Assembly: GCA_050250895.1 (NCBI GenBank)
Contig: JBFWNU010000001.1
Coordinates: 455,998 to 519,997 of the forward strand
DNA length: 64,000 bases
Source of the DNA: Vulcanimicrobiota bacterium
Lineage (GTDB): Bacteria > Vulcanimicrobiota > Xenobia > Xenobiales > JADMJV01
Direction of reading: 5' to 3'
Below, in pieces: positions 56,471 through 64,000 of the stretch. Position 1 is the stretch's first letter; every line of letters begins with the position of its first letter. Both the position numbers and the translations under genes were made by a program. The notes below the pieces were generated by a model. It saw only the letters and a list, made by a program, of their open reading frames with translations. It was not told the DNA's origin and did not search any database.

Positions 56471-57590
56471 AGATGGCGTCTTTCAAGCGATTGAAGAAAC
56501 TGGGCTCGGCCTCTTGCGAGCCAGCCTCGGCAAACTCTTTGAGCAGCTTCTTCTGCTTGGAATTCAGCTTGGTGGGCACCATCACCTCGATGATCACATG
56601 CAGGTCACCGTGGCTCGAGCGCTCGAGGCGCGGCATGCCCGCCCCGCGAATGCGCAGGATGGTGCCGTTCTGAGTGCCGGGTTGAATCTTGAGCTGCTTG
56701 GACTCGCCCACCAGCATCGGCACCTCGACGGTGCCGCCCAGGGCGGCGTCGGTGAAGGTCAGCTTGACGCGCCGAATCAGGTCGTCGGCGCGCCGCTCGA
56801 ACTCTTTATGGGCGGCCACTTCGATGGCCAGATAGAGGTCGCCGGGAGGACCTCCCATGGCACCCGGAGCCCCCTCACCAGGGATAGGAATCATCTTACC
56901 GGTGTCGATCCCGGCGGGAATCTTGACCTTGAGAGTGCGCTTGCGGGCGGTGACTCCCCGCCCTTCGCAGGCGCTACACGGCTTGACCAGTTCGCGCCCT
57001 TCGCCTCGGCAGGCCGCACACGGAGCCACCTGGGTCAGCTGGCCAAAGGGCGTGCGCACGACCTGATGGATCTGACCCGTACCGTGGCACTGGCGGCAGT
57101 TGCGAAACCCGTTAGGGTCGGTGGTGCGCTTGCCGTCGCAGGTCTCACAACGCACGTCGCTGGTGAGTTCGATGTCCTTACTCACGCCCTGGTAAGCCTC
57201 TTCCAGGGTGATGGTCAAGTTCATGCGCAGGTTGGCCCCCCGCGAGGGGCCCCGTCGGCGGCCACCGCCGCCACCACCCATGCCGAAGATCGAATCCAGG
57301 ATGTCGCCGAAGCCGCCGAAGCCACCGAAGCCGAAGTCTTCGAAGCCGGCTCCGCCCGGGCTGTTGACCCCCGGGGCGCGGCCGGTCTGGTCGTAATAGC
57401 GACGCTTCTCGTCGTCGACCAGAACGGAGTAGGCCTCGTTGATCTCGCCAAACTTCTGCTCGGCCTCGGCCTTATTCTCGGCTACGTCCGGATGATATTG
57501 GCGCGCCAAACGCTTGAAGGCACGCTTAATGTCCTTGGTGTCGGCATCGCGCGAAACGCCGAGAATTTCGTAATAATCGCGTCTGCTCAT
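56463..57590 (-). CDS. dnaJ: Chaperone DnaJ
   Basis: J domain with HPD, G/F region, four CxxCxGxG-type repeats. Confidence 0.97.
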   Translation of the reverse strand: MSRRDYYEILGVSRDADTKDIKRAFKRLARQYHPDVAENKAEAEQKFGEINEAYSVLVDDEKRRYYDQTGRAPGVNSPGGAGFEDFGFGGFGGFGDILDSIFGMGGGGGGRRRGPSRGANLRMNLTITLEEAYQGVSKDIELTSDVRCETCDGKRTTDPNGFRNCRQCHGTGQIHQVVRTPFGQLTQVAPCAACRGEGRELVKPCSACEGRGVTARKRTLKVKIPAGIDTGKMIPIPGEGAPGAMGGPPGDLYLAIEVAAHKEFERRADDLIRRVKLTFTDAALGGTVEVPMLVGESKQLKIQPGTQNGTILRIRGAGMPRLERSSHGDLHVIIEVMVPTKLNSKQKKLLKEFAEAGSQEAEPSFFNRLKDAIFG

Positions 57591-57647
57591 GGGTCCTCGG
57601 CAACCTTAGCAGGTTGGCGATCGAGTTTCAATTAGAGAAGCGTTAGA

Positions 57648-59543
57648 CTATTTGTTGAACCAACCGAAGAGGTCTTCTTCGGAAGGATCGTCGCCGCCAC
57701 CGCCGGCCGGAGCGCCGGCCGTAACCTCGATACCGTCGTCTGAGGCCGGACCCGAGCCATCCACCTTGATGCCAGCTTTCGAGGCGGCGTCGGCGGCGCG
57801 GGTGCTGCCGGTGCTGAGGTAGGCCTCGGTCGAGACGGCATACATGGCGTCTTGCAGAGCCTTGGTGTCTTCTTTGATCTTGTCGTTGTCGTAGGTCTGC
57901 AGCGACATGCGCAGGCGCTCGATACTGTCGCGCAGGCGTCGCTGCTGCTCGAAGGTCATCTGGTCAGACAGTTCGCGCAGGGTGCGTTCGGCCGTATCGA
58001 GTTCGATATTGGCCTTGTTACGAGCCTGAGCTTCGGAGCGACGCTTGGCGTCTTCTTCGGCGTAAATGGCCGCCTCTTTGACCATCTGGTTGATCTCTTC
58101 TTGGGTCAGGTTGGTCGGCGACTGGATCACGATCTTCTGCTTGTTGCTGGTAGCCAGGTCCTTGGCCGACACGTTCACGATGCCGTTGGCGTCAATATCG
58201 AAGGTCACCTCGATCTGAGGCACGCCGCGCGGGGCCGGCGGAATGTTGCGCAACTCGAACCGACCCAGCGACTTGTTGTGAGCAGCCAGTTCACGTTCGC
58301 CCTGCAGCACGTGGACTTCGACTACCGTCTGGCCGTCGGCGGCGGTGGTAAAGACACGGGTCTTGGCCACCGGAATCTGGGTGTTGCGCTCGATCAGCTT
58401 GGTGAACACGCCGCCCACCGTCTCGATACCCAGCGATAGCGAGGTTACGTCGAGCAGCACCATGTCCTTGACTTCGCCCGCCATCACGGCGCCCTGGACG
58501 GCGGCCCCCATGGCCACCACCTTGTCGGGGTCGATCTCTTTGGACGGCTCGATGCCGAAAAGGCTGCGGACCTTGTCTTGGATGGCCGGCATGCGGGTGG
58601 AGCCTCCCACCAGCAAAACCTTGTCGATCTCGTTCTTGCCCATGCCGGCGTCTTCGAGGGCGGTCATGGCCGGCTCGACCGTCTTCTCGACCAGGTCGCT
58701 GGTCAACTCTTGGAACTTGGCCCGGTCGAGTTCCAAATCAAGATGCTTGGGACCCGAGGCGTCAGCCGCGATGAAAGGCAGCTTGATGTTGGTGGTCGTC
58801 TCGGTGGAGAGCTTGATCTTGGCATTCTCGGAAGCCTCTTTGAGGCGCTGCATGGCCACGCGGTCGGTGCGCAGGTCGATCTGATACTGCTTGCGGAACT
58901 CATCGACCAGCCAGTCCATGATCCGCTGGTCCCAGTCGTCGCCGCCCAAACGAGCGTTGCCGGCGGTAGCCTTGACCTGGAACACGCCGCCGTCGATCTC
59001 GAGAATCGACACGTCGAAGGTGCCGCCACCGAGGTCCCACACCAGAATGGTCTCTTGCTTATCGACCTTGTCCAGGCCGTAAGCGAGACACGAGGCGGTA
59101 GGCTCGTTGATGATCCGCACCACTTCCAGACCAGCAATCGAGCCGGCGTCTTTGGTGGCCTGACGCTCGGAGTCGTTGAAGTAGGCGGGGACCGTAATCA
59201 CGGCCTTTTCAACCGAAAAGCCCAGATAAGCTTCGGCATCGGCTTTGACCTTCTGCAGGATCATGGCCGAAATCTCTTGTGGAGAGTAGGAGCGGTCGTC
59301 GATGGTGACGCGGAAGTCGGTGCCCATGCTGCGTTTGATCGAGATGATGGTGCGCTCGGGATTACTGATGGCCTGCCGTTTGGCCACTGAGCCGACCAGA
59401 CGTTCGCCGCCTCGCGAAAATCCGACCACGGAGGGGAAGAGGTAATCACCCTCGGCGCTGGGGATCACCACGGGTGCCCCGCCTTCAACCACCGAAATCA
59501 GACTATTGGTGGTCCCCAAGTCGATACCGACAATTTTGCTCAC
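57648..59543 (-). CDS. dnaK: Chaperone DnaK
   Basis: [38 protein letters not shown]; GTG start after AAGGAG. Confidence 0.97.
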   Translation of the reverse strand: MSKIVGIDLGTTNSLISVVEGGAPVVIPSAEGDYLFPSVVGFSRGGERLVGSVAKRQAISNPERTIISIKRSMGTDFRVTIDDRSYSPQEISAMILQKVKADAEAYLGFSVEKAVITVPAYFNDSERQATKDAGSIAGLEVVRIINEPTASCLAYGLDKVDKQETILVWDLGGGTFDVSILEIDGGVFQVKATAGNARLGGDDWDQRIMDWLVDEFRKQYQIDLRTDRVAMQRLKEASENAKIKLSTETTTNIKLPFIAADASGPKHLDLELDRAKFQELTSDLVEKTVEPAMTALEDAGMGKNEIDKVLLVGGSTRMPAIQDKVRSLFGIEPSKEIDPDKVVAMGAAVQGAVMAGEVKDMVLLDVTSLSLGIETVGGVFTKLIERNTQIPVAKTRVFTTAADGQTVVEVHVLQGERELAAHNKSLGRFELRNIPPAPRGVPQIEVTFDIDANGIVNVSAKDLATSNKQKIVIQSPTNLTQEEINQMVKEAAIYAEEDAKRRSEAQARNKANIELDTAERTLRELSDQMTFEQQRRLRDSIERLRMSLQTYDNDKIKEDTKALQDAMYAVSTEAYLSTGSTRAADAASKAGIKVDGSGPASDDGIEVTAGAPAGGGGDDPSEEDLFGWFNK

Positions 59544-59609
59544 GCGTGTCCGCTCCTTTTTAAATACCGTCGGCAACTACCCTGCGCGCCGGTTTAGAAT
59601 GTTCGCCCC

Positions 59610-60941
59610 TTATGAACTTTTTTCCTGGTCAGGCGCTGTCCCCGAATCAGCGCCATCAGGCTTGGCCACGGCCGATGATTGCTCGGCCGAGGTAGCAGCC
59701 TGCTGCGGGGAAGCCGACTCGGCGGCAGGCGCCGGAGAGGCCTGACTACCCTGCTGCTGTTCGACTTTCTCGACGCCTTGCTCGCTGCCCTTTTCCTGGC
59801 TAGCCTCGGCTTGAGGAGCGGCGGCCGGCGGCGGAGGAGGTGGCGCGGCCGCGGCTTCGGCTTGGGGTGGGGCCTCGGAAGCGGGAGGAGTCTCAGCTGG
59901 CGGGGGCGGCGGTGGGGGTGCGGCCCCCTTCGGGTTGCGAACAACGCGCACCATGGCCGCCCTCAGCAGACGCTCCCCGAACAAGTAGCCGGGCTGGTAC
60001 TGATCGTAGACATACTCATCCGGCAACTCTTCGGTTTCGACCTCGCCGATGGCCTCGTGAAAGTTGGGGTCAAACGGCTTGCCCACCGACTCGACCTTGA
60101 CCAATCCGGCGCCGCTGAGCGAGTCGGTCAACAGGCCGTGGATCATCTCCACCCCCGTCAAGACGGCGTCAACATCTTCGGAGTTGCGGAGCGTGCCCAT
60201 GGCCTGGTTGAAGGCATCCAGGGCCGGCAGCAAAGAGGCCGTGAATTTCTCGACCGCTTTGAAGGCTTTGATTTCGACATCGATTTGGGCCCGATTGCGC
60301 ATGTTCTGCATATCCATCAGCAATCTCTCGCGCTGGGCATTGGCCTTCTCGAGTTCATGTTCGAGCTTTTCAACCTGTTCCGAAGAGGCGCCACCGCCCC
60401 CCCCTCCGCTGGCAGCCTGGGCCGGAGCGGCCGGCACGGGCTGGCCGCCGGCGGCAGCCTGGGCCATGGCCAGCCGGATGTCCGCCTCGTTGAGCTTTCC
60501 ACGCATCTTCTGCAGTTCGCGCCGATAGTGCTCCATGTTTTCGTTGGTCTTGGCGACTTCTTCTTTGAGAGAGCGGGCCGCCAGACGGTAGAAGCTGATC
60601 AGAGTAGAGTTGTTGACCCCTTCGTTGCGACAGCGGGTGAGCCGCGGCTTGAGCACTTTGAGCGATTCGATGCCGCTGATCAGATCTTCGAGCTCGTTGA
60701 TCTCGGCTGCCGTTCGCTCGGCTGGGACTGGCTCGTCTTCCACCGGCGCCTCGCTAGCGGCGGGGGCAGGAGAGGGCGAAGGACTCGAGACCGGTCCGAG
60801 TTCCGTCGCTGGCTCGCCTCGCGGAGGCGGCCCCCCCAATTCTGCCGGGGCTTGGCCGGCTGGTGGGCCTTCCAGGCCAGGCTCGGCCGCGGTTGCAGCT
60901 TGAGGGGTCTCGGTAGGCTGGGTTGGTTGCGACTCGGTCAC
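59610..60941 (-). CDS. grpE: Nucleotide exchange factor GrpE with long N- and C-terminal extensions
   Basis: LLPALD, G.PFDPNFHEA, GY..GERLLRAAMVRV; GTG start after AAGGAG. Confidence 0.9.
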   Translation of the reverse strand: MTESQPTQPTETPQAATAAEPGLEGPPAGQAPAELGGPPPRGEPATELGPVSSPSPSPAPAASEAPVEDEPVPAERTAAEINELEDLISGIESLKVLKPRLTRCRNEGVNNSTLISFYRLAARSLKEEVAKTNENMEHYRRELQKMRGKLNEADIRLAMAQAAAGGQPVPAAPAQAASGGGGGGASSEQVEKLEHELEKANAQRERLLMDMQNMRNRAQIDVEIKAFKAVEKFTASLLPALDAFNQAMGTLRNSEDVDAVLTGVEMIHGLLTDSLSGAGLVKVESVGKPFDPNFHEAIGEVETEELPDEYVYDQYQPGYLFGERLLRAAMVRVVRNPKGAAPPPPPPPAETPPASEAPPQAEAAAAPPPPPPAAAPQAEASQEKGSEQGVEKVEQQQGSQASPAPAAESASPQQAATSAEQSSAVAKPDGADSGTAPDQEKSS

Positions 60942-61354
60942 ACTGTTCTCCTTGTCAGGGGTTCGGCTCAAGAAACTGGCCGAAGGCGGTTTGATCTTGC
61001 GTCTTGGTACGCCGGCCAGTTCGTGGGAAGCTTGTCCGTCGGAAGTGGTTGCCGCGAAAGGCAGTTCACGCAGACGCTCGGAGGCCGAAACGAGCGACTG
61101 TCCGGGGTCAGCAGACTGGTCCACGCCACCTCCCGCAACCCGGGAGAGACAGGATCGTGAACCTTGGTCTGTCCACGGATTGTTGCATTCGCCTCCGGCC
61201 CGCCGGGCAAGAAAGATAGGCCCAGCGAAGTTCCCCACATTTCTCTATTCTGACAGTTGACACCTGCCCTGAGAGGGACCACCCAGAATCCGTCGTGGAT
61301 GCCCAGCGCTTCAGGTAATTTTCCGGGCCAGCCGCTAAGCTCGAATCGAGAGGA

Positions 61355-62548
61355 ATGGACAGGATGTTGAAGACCGTGGGCCACCAGCCCGCATCGTTCA
61401 GAACGGCTATCATCTCCGATGACCCCTATGGCGGCCATCGGGCTGCCGCCAAGGCTGTCCGCGAAGCCCTCGACTCCTACCAGCCCTCCCAGTCCGAAGA
61501 CACCAAGATTTTCGAATTCCACGAACTCTGCAGCGGCCTGCGCACAGCCCTCAACAACCGTTACTACGCCTTGCGCAACACCTCTCCGCGGCTAGCGCGG
61601 CCGATGTTCCAGAGCGCCATGAATCCCTCCTGGTTCTACAAATCGATGTGGAAAGCCATGACCTGGATTCAGAACGCGGTCATGCCCGAAGCCCATCGCA
61701 TGGTCGCCGCTCACGAGCCGGACGTGGTCCTGTCGGTCCACATGTGCAGCAATCAGTATTCGCAGACCTGGCAAGACAAGGGCCAGGTGGACGCCCCCGT
61801 CCACAGCCTGGTGACCGACTACGTGGCCCAGAGCGTCTGGAAAGCCGACAACATTCAGCACTACTACGTGGCCACCCCTCAGGTTCGCGAGGATCTGGTC
61901 GGTTACGGCATCGACCCCGAGCGCATCTCGGTCACGGGCATCCCGATCTCGCCCCAACTAGCCGCTCCCGACCACCGCCCCCAGGCCGAAGTCAAAACCA
62001 AACTGGGCCTCGACCCAAACCTTCCCACCGTGTTGGTGATGGGCGGCTCCAAGGGAGACCAGAAATACGAAGAGATTCTCGGCGGCCTGGCCCGCAACCG
62101 CACTCCCGTTCAGGTGGTAGCCCTGTGCGGCCGCAACGAAGCTCGTCGCCAGGAGGTGGAAGACTTCGCCGCCGGCCTGGACCTACCGGTCAAAGCCGTC
62201 CCCTTCGTCGAAATGCGGGACTACTACAAGGCCTCGGATGTGGTCATCTCCAAGCCCGGCGGACTGACCACCACCGAGGTGATGGCCCAGGGCAAGCCCC
62301 TGGTCATGGTATCACCCTACCCGGGGATGGAAGAAGAGAACGTGCGACGTCTGGTGGACGCCGGAGTGGCCGTCTTCGGAGAGACCCCCGATAAAGCCGC
62401 CGACGCTGTCCACCAACTCATCGGTGCCCCTGACCAGTGCCAGCGACTGGGCTCGATGGCCCAGGCCTTCGTCAATCCGAACGCCGCCCACGACATCGCC
62501 CTACACCTGCTGGCCGCCGGCCCGAAGCTGCCCCACTCTAGCCGATAG
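61355..62548 (+). CDS. MGDG synthase/UgtP-like GT28 glycosyltransferase
   Basis: GGHR.AA.A, PDVVLS.H, TDY, TGIPI, MGGS.G, SKPGGLTTTE. Confidence 0.9.
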   Translation: MDRMLKTVGHQPASFRTAIISDDPYGGHRAAAKAVREALDSYQPSQSEDTKIFEFHELCSGLRTALNNRYYALRNTSPRLARPMFQSAMNPSWFYKSMWKAMTWIQNAVMPEAHRMVAAHEPDVVLSVHMCSNQYSQTWQDKGQVDAPVHSLVTDYVAQSVWKADNIQHYYVATPQVREDLVGYGIDPERISVTGIPISPQLAAPDHRPQAEVKTKLGLDPNLPTVLVMGGSKGDQKYEEILGGLARNRTPVQVVALCGRNEARRQEVEDFAAGLDLPVKAVPFVEMRDYYKASDVVISKPGGLTTTEVMAQGKPLVMVSPYPGMEEENVRRLVDAGVAVFGETPDKAADAVHQLIGAPDQCQRLGSMAQAFVNPNAAHDIALHLLAAGPKLPHSSR

Positions 62549-62621
62549 TGCTGATTTCCAGCAATTTTTCAGGGGCGCCCTGTAAACTCGGAACCAACGC
62601 AGACAAAAGAGGGACTTCGAC

Positions 62622-63791
62622 ATGAACACAGGACGAATCGACCGAGCAGCCACCATGGCCCGCCTGCCCGACAAGGCAAGCCTGAAGAAACTGTCTAGCG
62701 CCGAACTCAGCGAGCTTCCCGACACCACCTTCCAACTGGTGGACTCCTATCTCGGTGAACGCGAGCGACTTGAGCCGGTGCCCGTTCAAAAAGGCGAAGT
62801 CATGTTGATGGTTCCAGCCCGCAACGAGCAGGGTCACATCGCCGAGACCCTCGAGAGCCTGCGCCGGAACGGTCACGACTGCGATGTCATCGTCTCGCTC
62901 AATAACGTCTCTGACAACACTCGCCAGGTGGTGCTCGACTACGCCCGGCAACGTCCCGATGTCGAAGCTCACGTGGTCACCCAGGAAGACCGGCTGCCGG
63001 CTGCCCGTCAGCGCGACGGCTCGGCCCAGCGCATCTTCCTGTGGGACAGCAGCGAGCCTGGCAAGCTCGGCGCCATGATTCGGCCCCAGGCCGGACTCGA
63101 AGGCTCGGGCGTTCTGCCCCAGTATATTCTATCGCTTGACGCCGATACCGAATTGGGTCGGGGACACATCGATTACATGCGGGATCGGATGGAGACCGAG
63201 GGTCTGAGCGCCCTGGCCGGTAAGTTCACCTTCGAGGTGCCCGAAGGCTATCAGCTCGCCCCCCACAACCTGGCCACCAATCGCACCCAGGGCCTGCCGG
63301 GTTACCAATGGCTCAACGGAGCCTACGCCCTCTACGAAACCAAAGACTTCTTCGCCGGCCATCGGGCCATCCACGAGGTGATCCCCGGGATGCGAACCGA
63401 GGACTCGGCTTTCGGCAACCTGCTTGGCGCCTGCGGCTCGACCACCCGCGTCGATCCCAACATCAACGTGCCCTCGATGGGCGCAGTGGGCCACGACCAG
63501 GCTAAAGCCCAGTGGGGCCGTTGGCTGGGCGGCGGCCTGCAGCAGAACAAGCTGTTCGGCCAGAAGGTCCTGGCCCTCAATGGCTGCGGCGGGCACCAGA
63601 ACAAAGCCGCCGAAATGGCCACCATGGCGCGGGCCATCTTCCGCCAGGAACCCATCGGCGCCGCCTTCGTACAGACCCTGTGTTTACCCCTACAGATGGC
63701 CAACTTCGCCAAGCTTAGCGCCGAAGTCTGGCACGACGTTCAAGACCTGCCCCTCGACAAACCCGCCCACTGGATGCCCCAGCGGACCTAG
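62622..63791 (+). CDS. GT2 glycosyltransferase with N-terminal extension
   Basis: VPARNE, N..SDNT, GK..A, LDADT, TED, QWGRW. Confidence 0.85.
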   Translation: MNTGRIDRAATMARLPDKASLKKLSSAELSELPDTTFQLVDSYLGERERLEPVPVQKGEVMLMVPARNEQGHIAETLESLRRNGHDCDVIVSLNNVSDNTRQVVLDYARQRPDVEAHVVTQEDRLPAARQRDGSAQRIFLWDSSEPGKLGAMIRPQAGLEGSGVLPQYILSLDADTELGRGHIDYMRDRMETEGLSALAGKFTFEVPEGYQLAPHNLATNRTQGLPGYQWLNGAYALYETKDFFAGHRAIHEVIPGMRTEDSAFGNLLGACGSTTRVDPNINVPSMGAVGHDQAKAQWGRWLGGGLQQNKLFGQKVLALNGCGGHQNKAAEMATMARAIFRQEPIGAAFVQTLCLPLQMANFAKLSAEVWHDVQDLPLDKPAHWMPQRT

Positions 63792-64000
63792 CCTTCGCTG
63801 CGCTCAGGAGAAGGGAGCCTTCGCTGCGCTCAGGAGAAGGGAGCCTTCGCTTCGCTCAGGAGAAGGGAGCCTTCGCTGCGCTCAGGAGAAGGGAGCCTTC
63901 GCTGCGCTCAGGAGAAGGGAGCCTTCGCTGCGCTCAGGAGAAGGGAGCCTTCGCTGCGCTCAGGAGAAGGGAGCCTTCGCTGCGCTCAGGAGAAGGGAGC
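63791..64000. repeat. 26-bp tandem repeat, at least 8 copies, runs off the window end
   Basis: gccttcgctgcgctcaggagaaggga; third copy has one substitution. Confidence 0.97.

Noticed and set aside
57852-59390. Long plus-strand ORFs antisense to dnaK (also opposite dnaJ, trpE, the PafA-like gene and others)
   Set aside because: Typical shadow ORFs of high-GC coding strands
60942-61238. N-terminal 99 aa of the 542-aa grpE ORF
   Set aside because: A strong AAGGAG precedes GTG at 60941 and the upstream translation looks non-protein-like

Overview
GC-rich bacterial chromosome segment; gene style suggests Ca. Eremiobacterota/Xenobia, which is a guess only. Housekeeping content: mobB, argH, a grpE-dnaK-dnaJ-prmA-rsmE-trpE-trpG operon, and tRNA-Val/Asp/Phe. 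Accessory content is dense. The best candidate for an undescribed system is a family of proteins built as PqqD/RRE domain + Tat-like leader + variable core. One copy (4844-5581) has a 22-Cys core. The other (43864-44283) has a Thr/Asp-rich core and sits in a toxin-antitoxin-bracketed island next to tRNA-Phe, together with a sulfotransferase, a JmjC oxygenase and an HTTM (SdpB/VKGC-like) membrane protein, i.e. a putative RiPP-like pathway. Other notable items: a hairpin-rich 123-bp tandem array flanked by a 90-bp duplication of a gene 3' end; two related 26-bp tandem arrays 46 kb apart; three paralogous GT-C-like membrane proteins; a membrane-inserted orphan PafA/Dop ligase; a kinase fused to a degenerate cyclase; a standalone G/F/N/Y-rich small protein; and a translocator-like protein with an acidic partner. 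All calls come from reading motifs by eye; no searches were run.
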